This document shows, in pieces, positions 17,879-31,938 of a stretch of DNA of 64,000 bases (the stretch's first letter is position 1; every line of letters begins with the position of its first letter). This DNA comes from Dimorphilus gyrociliatus (lineage: Eukaryota > Animalia > Annelida). The notes beneath the pieces were generated by a model. The model did not search any database. It saw only the letters and a list, made by a program, of their open reading frames with translations, and was not told where the DNA came from. The DNA lies in NCBI GenBank assembly GCA_904063045.1, contig CAJFCJ010000006.1:1059771-1123770 (forward strand), read 5' to 3'. A program made the position numbers and the translations under genes.

Positions 17879-17918
17879 CTCTCTCTCTCTCTCTCTCTCT
17901 CTTTCTATATATATATAT
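17879..17918. repeat. Compound (CT)12/(TA)n microsatellite, intergenic
   Basis: Seen directly. Confidence 0.9.
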
Positions 17919-19029
17919 CTATAAACTTAATGATATTTCTGATCTGCCCTTGCTAAGATTTAGATAATAACCAATGTTGATTAGATATGAATAGTTACTT
18001 TTTAATTTAAACGTTGAGACTTAAGACTCTGTTGTCAATAGTTTATGCAAATAAATAGGAATAGAATATATTAAAAAAGTTCAATAATCCAGTTATCTGT
18101 AATATAAGAGATCTAACATAAATACTCTTCAGAATTTCTTGATAAAAAGCAGTTTAGATTATGAGACGGAAGACCTAAAGATATCTTATCAAAACTTTAA
18201 AATATTCCGTTTATTTTGATTTGTATGATGATATGTACATGTGATGTATTTTAAATTATTATTTAAATGTGGTTGTTTATTTTTTCAACTTAGTGACCTC
18301 AATAATGGATAACAGGTTATCTAATAATTTACGGTCTAAAAGATGCACTAAGAAAAATATAAACATTACTCATTTAGAAGAAAATAAAAGTAGCAAATTT
18401 AAATATATAGTTTTGAACTAGTTAAAGACTATTGTGTTTCATAAATAAAACACTATATACTATAATTTTCGAGGAATAGTTTAGGTATAGATTTATTGTT
18501 TGTTTGAAAAAAGAAAGAAGAAGAAAATCAGGTGAAACATAGCTTTAGGTATATATGAATACAATAAAAATGTATATATATATATATATTAATGAACACA
18601 AGGTGTGGCATATTGTCACGTGAAAATCTTTAAAGATTGTCTAATACTATAGTTTTCAATAGTCATATTTATTCATATGACGCCTTACCTTAAGTTCTCT
18701 ATCGATGATGCTATTAAAATTAATAAGTACCTATATACTATATACTTTATATACTATCCTGTGTGCAACTTTATTTATAACTATAGATAAATTGGCCTAT
18801 ATCATTCTGGTAACTTCCTTAAAGTCTGTATTAAGTTCTTATAATTAAATATTAAAAGTAAATATAGTATTTTATTAAGAAATCTATTTATTAAAAACAT
18901 AGAATTAAACTGTTGGGTTTCACTTATTCTCTTTGTCGATAATCGTGATCATTATTGGCTATTATTAAAGGAAATAAACAGATGGAAGACGAATGGGGGT
19001 GGGAGGGAGATGGAAAGAAAAGAATGTAT

Positions 19030-21856
19030 TTATTCTCTACCTTTATACTCTAAAAGGGCAGTATATTTGGAAGACACACCTTTGAATTTAGCACAAACCG
19101 TTAATGTATCTCGAATTGAGTCTATGCATACTGAACTAGTCCAATTATCTCCGACCTTTTTCAAGTGATTCCATTTTAGACTAGCCATAACTACGGCAAC
19201 TGCTTTTGCTTCTGGAATTATTAATGAAAATTTAACATCTCCCGATTGGTTTATGTAAAATGGTTCCAAAAGTTTCATTCCCTCTCCCCAGCTATCTAAT
19301 TGCGTAGGAAAAGGATAAATCTCTTTCCCATCATCTTTAGCTCTGCATTCAATTAGATAATTAAAAATTGACTTGAACCTAATTTCTTTATCATCTTTAT
19401 GAGGTCTATCACCGGAAAATATTAATAATTTGTATATGTGCGGAGTAACAGGTAAGTTAATGAGTAGAGTAATTATATTATCCTTTGACATTTGAAAGAT
19501 ATAAGAATGGTACTCTTTTGGATTTTCATCCGAAGAACTAAACAATTCCCAAGTTAAGACTGTTTTATCATCCGTTGTAAATAACATCGTCGTTTGCTGT
19601 TTATATAAGACGATATAAGGATCAGTTGTTGACAAAGCTTTAACTGGCGTATTATAATAAGCTGGCTGAGCGCTAAGAAAACCCGCTGGTAATATTGGCA
19701 TTGGAACGGGTGGTGGATCGCTTATAGAGTTGCAAACTACCAGATACTGATATATATGAGTCAGTTCGTTACCTTCTTTAATTGGATCATTAGCGTAAAT
19801 ATTAAGCGTAAATTCACCAGTAACTGGAGGTTTTACGGTAAAAATTGCTGTATCATCGCACAATCTAGTAAGAACGTATTTGCTTAGCTCTTTATCATTC
19901 CAATCTTCTGTCATTAATTCTGCCAGGAATCGTAATGGTCTATTAATTGTGTAACGCAAGTCTAAAGTCCCTTTGGTTGTATTCTGAATGATCTCTTTGT
20001 GTTTGACTCCTAAACCGTAACGAGAAAATTTGTTACTTGCTCCCCAAATAGGTCTATAAGCTGGAGGGAATCTTTTTACACCTTTTGAGATGCTTTTACA
20101 TTCGAGCGAGTATTCGCAGACTTCATTATATAATTTATCTTTCTCTATGTTCTCTTCCCTGGCGAATATCGTAAAATGATATGTTCCAACCTCCAAAGGT
20201 CTAACAAAGAATCTAACAACTTCGCTAGATTAAATACATAATTATTAAATGGTAATTAGAATACAACGTATATATATATATATATATATGTGTGTAGCTC
20301 TTCCCATTACCTACTAACAGAGTGCATACAACAGCGTTCAATCCGAGTAGTTTTTTTACGATCTTCTTTATTAAGAGTATTCTGAAATTGCAACTCTTGT
20401 CCCGTAGTTCCAATTTCAATTTGGACAGTTTCGTCAAAATATATAACAGCGTCTACATGGGATAAAATTTCTAAGCCATACTTAAAAAAAGCTGATTTTA
20501 CCGCAACCAAATTCTCAAATTGTTCTAAAGTAACAGGATTATCTATTAGTTGCCAGCAATTTTCCTCTGGGAAATGTGTAAATATTAACTGAGATGGATT
20601 AGGCATAAAATAATATTCGTCAAGATCGTATTTGATTCTATCCCAATTTGCCGACTGTTTTCCAACCAGCCTTCTGGCTGCCCAATGACAATCAACTAAA
20701 CGCCAGACCCCATCGACAAAAACTGCATTCCACGAATGCTGACATTGAGTTTTGTTAAATTTCATACCTGGAACGTAGTTTGCACCCTTCGCGTAGCCTA
20801 CAATTGTTTTACACATTAAACCGGCTTCCTTGCATAGAGTACTATAGACAACTGCGTAGGTTGTTAAGCCTTTTTTCAATTTTAAAAGAACATTCTCAGG
20901 CGTATCTGTATTTTCGCCGACGCCTTCGAAATCAAATTTACCAAGATCCTTAGAACAAAGCCATATGAATATTTTCCGAGCTATGGTTAACTCCGAAACG
21001 TAAGCTGGGAAGAGTTTTGTAATGAGTTCTTTAACACTCTTTTGTATCTCTTTTGATAAATCTAATGCTTGTTGATCGGATTTTTCAAAGACAACAGTAC
21101 TTTTGAAAGGTTTCTCCATTGGAGCTCTTTTTTCTATTTCTACAGCAACCTCATCCGGAACGGACGGTTCATATTGAACTCTCGGCTTTAACGGACCTTC
21201 GTATCCTGTATAGAATAACTTATTTTCTTCCGAATCGACCGTACGAACTAACTCTGAACTAAGCTTCTTTATTTGAACTTTTTTCAATCTCTCACTACTT
21301 TTATTCATTTCATTCGACTGGTTAGTTATATTCTTAGAATTCTCACGGATTCGTTTAATTGTAATCTTTCTAGTTCCATATTTCTCCTCGATTTTCTTGA
21401 CAATGATCTATCAATATATCAATAAATCCTATAATCATTAAAATTTCAGTGGGGTTTTAATAGCTTTTTAAATTTTCTAATTACCTGATCAGTTTTTAAA
21501 TAACTAGGTACTCTGCTCAAGCTTCGCCTGGGTTCATTCGATTCACTAGGCATGTAAGTGGAATAATACTCATAACCAGTTTGATAGCCAGCCTGATAGC
21601 TGGTTTGATTGGGTGCTTGATTGGGGGTTTGATTAGGTATTTGATTAGGGAATTGATAGGGAATTTGGTAGGGAGTTTGAGGAACCGAAGACTTATAACC
21701 AGTTAAGTAATCAGTTCCGTAATAGGAGTAAGGATTGGCTTCTTTCTGATAGTCATATCCGTAATTTTTCGCAACGTAACTCTGCAAATAGTCGGAAGAA
21801 TAGTTGGTAGCGTCGCTATCCTTTTTCCTACGTCTCCTTCTATTACAACACCACAT
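19030..21856 (-). CDS. Hillarin/kyphoscoliosis-peptidase (KY)-like transglutaminase-fold protein, ~887 aa, 3 exons (21856-21485, 21407-20311, 20224-19030)
   Basis: The core has RKIFIWLCSKDL, YAVVYSTLCKEAGLMCKTIVGYAKG, HSWNAVFVDGVWRLVDCHWAARR and DEYYFMPNPSQLIFTHFP, followed by repeated beta-sandwich segments (FTVKPPVTGEFTLNIYA). Three ORF-track ORFs join in frame through canonical introns. Confidence 0.85.
21572..21679 (-). repeat. Coding 12-bp tandem repeat, 9 units of Q-x-[P/S/G]-[Y/N]
   Basis: QTPY QIPY QFPN QIPN QTPN QAPN QTSY QAGY QTGY; visible on the + strand as recurring (t/c)tgat(t/a)g at 12-nt spacing. Confidence 0.85.
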
Positions 21857-22119
21857 CGATTGTTTATTAATGTATTTAAATATTTAAACGCAATTTGTAT
21901 AACGAATTTTCAATACAACTTTAAAAAAAACTGATACAGATATTGAATTGTTTCAATTAGATTAAAAAACGAGACAGTTTGTCCCGTTTGTCATTGAATA
22001 ATATCATTAAAAATTGGTTATGTTATTAAAGCAAATTTTCTAATGAATTTCGGTTTTAGTTAACGTAAAATTAAAATTTTTTTGATATGATAGAGAGAGA
22101 GAGAGAGAGAAATGTTTCT

Positions 22120-22504
22120 TTATTCTAAATTAACAGTAAAACTCTGATATCTGAATTCGATTAGAGATGAAAATCCCTCCATTGCTGACTTCCATTTGCA
22201 TTCGATACCGTCTTGTATCCTAAAAAAAGAAATAACCTTTCCTATTTTGCATTGTTTAATAGAACTTTTAATTATTATTGACCTTTTACAGCCTTTAGGT
22301 AACTTTTCGTCTTTAGCGGTCTTCATTCCACTTCCTGATCCTTCATCCTGTTATATAGTAGGTAATTTATATAAAGAGCATAGTTAATATATTTCAATGC
22401 ATTCATAATAGATTTACCCCACTAAAAGCCATATTTTCAGTAGGCATACTTGAAGTAGAAACAAGTAAAACTATATAGATTATTAATAAAACTGCTCTGC
22501 TCAT
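22120..22504 (-). CDS. Putative small secreted protein, ~83 aa, 3 exons (22504-22418, 22347-22283, 22219-22120)
   Basis: Exon 1 encodes a signal-peptide-like MSRAVLLIIYIVLLVSTSS. Two introns of genome-typical size (70 and 63 nt; GTAAAT..ACAG and GTCAAT..TTTTTTTAG) preserve the frame. No homolog is recognised. Confidence 0.55.
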
Positions 22505-22923
22505 ACTTAAACAGTTTTCTCTTTATTATTAATATATGAAATAATCAGTGAAAAATGAAAAGCTACGTTTTATTATCTATATTATATGTTTCTTTCTTTT
22601 TTCTACTTTTATATACCTTTTTAGTTAAAACATCTGTTGCCTGTGGGCTTATTCTCTGTAACATGTTTTCCCTGTCTATTGTGCAATCAGTCATGCTTTT
22701 TTATTTATTTATCTGAATTAATGAACTTATATATTTAAATTCTCTTGCTTTTTGCTATGAATAATGATTATTTGCTCATTTTTTGTTTATTAAATAAATT
22801 CATTCAACTTATTTTATGATATTTCATTTAATAATCTAATTTCTTTATTACATATTGTACTTTTTTTCTAATGTGTATGGAACGGTGAACCAGTCTGTAG
22901 CTATAGCAATATCAAAAGCCAAA

Positions 22924-23520
22924 ATGAATAGCGTAGCCGGTGGTTCGCAGGATAAAAATGAAATTCTTGTAAAAACAGAAGATGAGGAATACGTTTTGAA
23001 GGGTAGACCTTGTGAATTATCGGCCTTTTCATATATTCCACCGGAAAGACATCTGCCTAAAGAACGCACTTACTTCAATTTGGACAAGAAAGTAAGACAA
23101 ATTTAGTTCTACACTTTTATGTTTACATTTTAAATAAAATCTATTACTTTCAAAGGAAAGATACAAAAGTTCTACCTATGATAGATTGTACCTTAAGAAT
23201 TTCTCATTTGAACAAGCCCTGCACAGAGATGATAGAGAACACGCAAAATCAAAGGGATTGCGAGTAAACGACGAAGTAAGCAAATAGTTTACCTTACTTT
23301 CAAGAACAATAAAGTGTATTTTCTTATTAAATGAATAATCTTATTCCAATAGGATACTGCAAAGAGCATCCCTGCTCTCTCATCATCAGTTTACGGCCAC
23401 AGGAAACAACCAGATCTCGATCCTCCTGATCGTCAACATGTACGAATAGGAGTGGTTAAAAAGGACTTTTTCAGAAGAAACGGAATTCCATCCGCCGTTG
23501 AAGGCGGACGATTATATTAA
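22924..23520 (+). CDS. CFAP90: Cilia- and flagella-associated protein 90 (C5orf49), ~151 aa, 3 exons (22924-23091, 23156-23275, 23353-23520)
   Basis: The spliced product contains LSAFSYIPPERHLPKERTYF, LHRDDREHAKSKGLRVNDE, SSSVYG and DFFRRNGIPS, matching recalled CFAP90 motifs (SAFSYIPP, LHRDDREHAKSLGL, SSVYG, DFYRKNDIPS). Confidence 0.85.
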
Positions 23521-23824
23521 CAACGCTTCTATCAAGATTTTCAGGTTCCACCTTTAGAAAGAAAATCAAAATGTCCTAGGTCCAAGTTTCAAAACAAGCT
23601 TAAAGTATGTTTTGAACGTCATACTCATGAAATACTTTTGCGAGTAATGATGCATCGTATTTATCCATTGTTTGTCGAGCATTTTTGTGAAATAAATTGT
23701 TCATCTAGTAATATATCAAGTGTTATTTATGCTTTTATAGTATAGAGTAAAAACCTATTATAGACCATATCAGGATACCAGACAACTGTTTACGCTGTCC
23801 AGACTAGTGGGCGATAAAACAAAC

Positions 23825-24149
23825 ATGGAGACGGATCCTGAGCTTGCGGAACTAATAGATCCATCAGAGTATGGGATTTTTGACACGATACTCCACTACA
23901 GTCTTCTTTTGGGAGCAGTTTTTCAATTATTCTGTATACTTGCAGTAGTATTTTACGCACCTTCAGAAAACGTAAGAAACTAAAAAACTTATTCTAGTCG
24001 GTCAGATAATAAACAATATAAAATATTTTCAGGATGATCACCCTAACGAAATCGAAGAACCTAATGGTGTGAAAGAAACTCCCAAATCTCAAGGATCTCT
24101 ACAAAGTGCTAAAAAGCAAAAGCTAAACGAAAAGAAGAAAAGAAAATAG
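23825..24149 (+). CDS. MANBAL: Protein MANBAL (small single-pass membrane protein), 87 aa, 2 exons (23825-23971, 24033-24149); absent from the ORF track
   Basis: FDTILHYSLLLGAVFQLFCILAVVF matches the MANBAL signature ([24 protein letters not shown]). It has a Lys-rich tail (KKQKLNEKKKRK*) and a 61-nt GT-AG intron. Confidence 0.85.
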
Positions 24150-24702
24150 ATGCTAACGCAACATTTTTATAAAGAATCTCTTACAAAATTTACATTTTCC
24201 TTTGTTAATTTTTTAAATATCATTAAAAACTACACGTTACACTGATAACTAGATAGCTAATTTTCAGTATTCTAATACAGTCATAATTAGATTCAAAAAT
24301 CTGGAATCTTTTCCTTTTACAGTAAAAAAAGGAGAAGTTATCAAACAAAAAATCAATGGGCGCAACAACAAATACAGATGGCGCACTAGTCTAGTGAAAT
24401 GAACGTCAATTCTTTATCGACAATTAGGGGTCGATCGCATTAACAAAAAAAATGAGTGTCAATTTAAAAAGAAAACTATTGGAAAGTGATAGAATATTAT
24501 TATAAATTCGTGGAAATTAACAACTACGACCTAAAACCTTTGGCTGTAAGGACAGTTGGCGCTGGGAACAAGACCAAAACGATCTATGAAGGATTTTCCA
24601 CGAACGATTTCAATGAAAAAATTATTAATTACTGTTCATAATTTAATGAAATCGATGTAGAACATTTATTTATTTAGTGGCTATTATGCATAGCGCAACT
24701 GT

Positions 24703-26338
24703 ATGCGGTCTTGTAAAAAACTACTAGAGAAAAACATTATGGAGAAGGTACGTGGAAAAAGGAAACAGATTAAAGGGGAACACGTTATGAAGAATTTTTT
24801 ATTAACAAATATTTTTGGCGGTTGGTATTATTGTTTGGCAGGTTTGTTAATCGCTTGTTTTATCCCGATTGCGATTTTGCAACCGAAATCTGTGGATAAT
24901 CGATTGGATGCTAAAGATGAAAAATCTTTGCCGTCTTATGGATCTATGACCCAAAACGAGTCATTATTTAAAGCATATAGCCTTGATAATAATCTTGTGG
25001 CGAGAGAGAGGGAAGAAAATTTGAGAAAGTATAGCTACAAATATGGAAAAATCGATAGAAGGAGCAAATTGAGTTTAAAAGAGTTCTATGATGTCTATGA
25101 TGGAAAATGGTAAAAATTGTGCATTACGTTTTGTCTTACGTTGGCATAAAGTTATAAATATCTAATTGAAGAAAATGTATTTTCTATAGGCCAGTATTGA
25201 TAACGGATGTTGTACCAAACTGGAAAGCTTTCAACTGGACAGCCGACTTTTTTATGAATCATTATGGAAAAGAAAGAGTAGCTATGAAAGCTGTTGACGT
25301 ATGAATTATAAATAATACATTAAATATAGGTATTTCATAGTTCAACTTTAAATAGGGCACGCTGGAGAAAGCTATTAGTTTGGCACTGCCTTTTGAATTA
25401 TTCATACAGCACACAAAGCATGGATTTGCTAACTCTTGGACCTATCTTGAGGACGAACTCTTCATACCTATGAGACCAAATTTAAAGAGAGATATCGGTT
25501 CTTGTGTAAGTTGTAATTGTAGTTGAACGACATAGATAAAACGTTTATCGATTCGTCAAACAGCCTTATATGGATGAGGATTTCTTTCAAATCTTTCCGG
25601 AAGATGTTCGTCCCTGGAATGCAATGTTATTGTGGGGGACTGCTTTTTCAAGATCTTCTTTACATATCGACCCCTACAATTGGACTGGTACGAATGCTGT
25701 AATTTTTGGTAGGAAAAGATGGCGGGTGAGACAATTGAACAGCTTATAACCTATTCAACACGATTGATAGTTTTTTCCCCCCTCTCTCTCTCTCTTTAGC
25801 TATATCCACCCGGACAAGATCATTTATTGAATGTTATTCCTGAAAAATTTTCGAATTTTCCTTTAGACTGCCGAAAATATAATAGGTATTACCCCAATTA
25901 ACAATTTATTTTAAATATTATTTTCTTCTCCATTGTCCTTAATAAAGCCCTATTGATACGCATGATAAGACGGATAAGGGAAATTTGAAAGCTAGTAAAG
26001 CTGACGTTATTGAATTTGATCAACTACCAGGAGAGATTCTCTTCATTCCTACTGGTTGGTTTCATCAGGCTTTCAACGTTGAAGAAACATTGGCTATTTC
26101 AAGCCAAGTTATGAATAGGAACAATTATAGAGTGGTACTTGAAGAGATATTAAAGGTCGACACTATCGACCGGAAGAGCTTACCACCAGAGATTGATTCT
26201 TTACAACCGGAAGAGCAAGTTAAGTTAATTATGGATAATTTACCGCAAAAAGTACTAGAAAGAGGTCGTCAAGTAACTGAAGATGTTGTTAAACAAATTA
26301 AACAAACAAGGCAAGATAGTCATTATACATTGAACTAA
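24703..26338 (+). CDS. JmjC-domain Fe(II)/2-oxoglutarate oxygenase (JMJD6/4/8-like) with an N-terminal hydrophobic anchor, 6 exons; start could be 24703, 24739 or 24787
   Basis: Spliced: IDRRSKLSLKEFYDVYDGKWPVLITD..WKAFNWT, LLWGTAFSRSSLHIDPYNWTGTNAVIFGRKRWRLYPP, QLPGEILFIPTGWFHQAFNVEETLAISSQ. The HxD...H facial triad is intact. Confidence 0.85.
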
Positions 26339-26416
26339 AATAAAAGACGTAGCAGTATTAATTAAAAACAATCATGCATAAAACGTATTTTTATAAAGCG
26401 CTGTAAAAGAAGTTTT

Positions 26417-28694
<2,278 letters not shown>

Positions 28695-29264
28695 TGTGGA
28701 TAAACTTGAATTCGTAAGGAGTGTAGGTGTAGACCAAAACCTGTGACACAAGATATAGATGGCGCCTTAATCAAGCATACATTGTAATGATTTTCCTATA
28801 TTTATGACAATCAAAAGGTCCAATCTTATTGAATAAAATAGTTAAAGACCGTAGTTTTTTATTGTAAAAGAAAACTGTCATTTTCCTTTATAAACTCAAA
28901 AAGTAAATTTATTTTAATATTGAAAAATCCTTTGCCAAATATCGAAATTTTAATCAAAATATATGTTTATTTTTTTGATTTCTATAATAAAAAGCAATAT
29001 AGATTTTCGGTCATTCAATATATTCTAAAAAAATTGATCGTCTCTTTTCTCGACTTGACAATCTTAAACTAACAAATACTCACCAGTTGCTTTACTACTG
29101 TTTGTTGCTTTTTATACGCATAACTTTTATATAGAGTTAGAGGGAAACTTTATATTCATATGTATAAGTCTAGGAAGAAATGAGTAAGAGATTATTGTTT
29201 TAGCAATTAACCAGTTTATTCTTCTATTTTCGAAAGCGACATCTACCGTAAACAATACAACGTG

Positions 29265-29944
29265 ATGACTATTCCATCAACAGATAAAAACTACCTTGAA
29301 GTGGTAAGTGAGAAGAAATTTTACAAAAAAAAGCTACAATTAGATCAAAGTGTTTATGAGATAGAGAAAATTCTCATAAATTACATTTTTTATAATAAAA
29401 TGTACAATTTTCACTTAATTCCCCGTTTATCGCTCTTTTACTTCCATTAGTTACTCACGAATAAAGATGATGAAACTTGTAAAACGTTTGTTTTTCACGA
29501 AGAAAATCATACTCTTGGAAACTCTCTTCGATGGATAATAATGAAAAAGTATTTAGTTATTAAAAACATGTTTTATCGCTATCGTTAAATTGTTCAAATG
29601 TTTTAGTCCGAAAGTCGACCTATGCGGCTATAGTGTTCCTCATCCATCTGAACAGAAAATAAACTTTCGTATTCAAACTAAAGGTATATTCTAAAAACAT
29701 TCTAAACTTTCTAATAAATTTTTTTAAAACTTGTTTTTCGCAGGTGAAGAAGCTGCCGTTGTTCTTCGAGAAGGTCTTCAAGATTTAAGCAATTTATGCG
29801 AGCACGCCTTAAATACATTTAAGGTAAGCAAAGTTTCTCAACAAAGTTTTTCATTGAATAAAAATAATAAATAGAATTTTATATTTACAGTCTAAATATA
29901 AGGAACATGAAAACAAAAAAACAGAAAATATGGACGTCTCTTAA
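29265..29944 (+). CDS. POLR1D: RNA polymerase I/III shared subunit RPAC2 (AC19), 5 coding exons
   Basis: Spliced: [46 protein letters not shown]...[14 protein letters not shown], the Rpb11/AC19 signature. Confidence 0.92.
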
Positions 29945-30002
29945 AAAATTTGCTGTGTTATTTAGCATTATATGCTAAAATTGTTTAAATTGTATTAAAA
30001 CT

Positions 30003-31938
30003 TTATATACTTGTTTCTTCGATTAAATCATTATTCACCAAAGCGCTTTGCTTTATATTATTGTTTTGTCTTTTAATAATATGCTCCTCTAATTTTCCTA
30101 GTAAATCCAAATGAGGAAATTTTTTGAAGATAACTCGACTTAGATATGATACTGACAACAGTACAATAGCTGAAGTACACATTGATAATGTCCTGAAAGG
30201 AAATCTTTGACCAGAAGCATTTGAATAAAATGGTAGTTTGATGAACGCTTTAAGGTTCAATGTTGATTCGCCACATCCTATTCTAAATATTAAACCGATG
30301 ATCAGGGCAAACAGCGATCCATACGCGTTCGGTATACTCGAATACAGCGACAGTGTGAGTTGTGGAAACATAATTACAAACATTATGTCGGCAGCTAGAA
30401 TAAATAACCCGTATACACTATTTGATGATAATGACAACGCTGCCGCTCCTCCTCCAATTATCACAGTAACTACTCGTTGTATCCATTGTAATTCAGAGTC
30501 TTTGGATTTCTAAAATGATTAAGTTGTTTGAAATTAAAAATATATTTGCATATAGACTTCTCACTTTGCATCGAATAGTTTTATAATAGACATTATGAGT
30601 AAATAGCGAGGCAGAAGCTAATATCGAACTATCTAATGATGACATAACAGCCGCAGCAATACCACAGAGTCCTGATGAAGTCAATTTGTGAATGTAAAAT
30701 TAGATATATGAAGTAAAAGGGCAAACCTATAATAGCTATTGGTCGAGGTGTGAGATAGTATATTACCACAGGTAGAGTTAAGCTACTTTGATCGTTGAGC
30801 AAGTCTTCTCCAGAATGAATCAGTGTCCAATCTATAGAATAAAGTGGAAATTCTGATGATAGAAGGAAAAAATTAGTCAAAATATAAACACCTACTTGTA
30901 GATTTTGCGACTACGCCTATTAAGGCGGGAGGAATAGCTAAAGTAAAGGAGAAAGCTCCTGCAGAAATAGATAATCCAACGGCTAAGGTATGTTTTTTAA
31001 GTGATAAAACTCTTTGAAAATAAGATTGCCAAGGTATTGTACCAAGAGTCTAAAAGAAATTTGATAAGTTAAAAGCTGGTAGTTTAAATATATACAGTAA
31101 TGGAAAATTAACCATGGCTATAAGTAAATCAATCCAAATTCCAGACTGACCGGGTTGAATTTCACCTATCCACTGATCACTGAGAGGATTCTTTACAGAC
31201 TTATGTATCATTGAAGCTGGAGCAGCTAATATCTGTAATATAATAGTCAATTTTTCTTTGTCAACATGATGAAAAAATCTACTTACTAAACCAATAAAAA
31301 TCAACAATAATTGCACAACATCAGTATAGGCTACAGATATCATTTGACCAAACATTGTATATAAAACAGCTACTGTTGCCGAAACACATATAGCTGTTGG
31401 GTGGTTTAATCCTAAAATGACGTTTAAACTTGCGCCTAGAGCAGCTAAGATTGACGCAGACCAAAATAGATCTGCCATTAAATGAATTAAGTAGAGAACT
31501 GAAACCGACAAAGATCCACATTGTGTTTGTATCGGGTCAAACATAGTTAGATATCTTTCTCGTCTCATTTTACCAGCGTAAAAAAATCCACCAATAACCA
31601 AACCAAGGAATATACCGAGAGGTGCTGTAGTCCAAAGAACTCCTTGAGTGTAGACAGATTCTGCAGTACCATTTATAAATCCTCCTCCAACTGTCGTGGC
31701 TATAAACAAAAACACATGATATGATCTTATCTTACTTTAATGAGAAAAATAAATGCAAACCGGTCATTGTGAAAATACCAATAGCAGCACTAATACGTCG
31801 TCCAGCAACAAGATCAACCTCATTTCTCTTGATAGTTAGATCAGATATACGAGGTTTAAGATATTTGGAGGCTAATAATCCGACTACTAAAATAACAACA
31901 TATAGAATCACTAGAACGATCAGTCCTATTCCGTCCAT
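30003..31938 (-). CDS. SLC5A7: High-affinity choline transporter-like solute:sodium symporter, multi-exon
   Basis: [101 protein letters not shown]. It may be a paralog rather than the one-to-one ortholog. Confidence 0.85.

Noticed and set aside
20196-20311. Apparent frameshift between ORFs 20307-21308 and 19030-20196
   Set aside because: Explained by a canonical 86-nt GT-AG intron (20310-20225) that restores the frame (…MHSVS-S-EVVRFF…).
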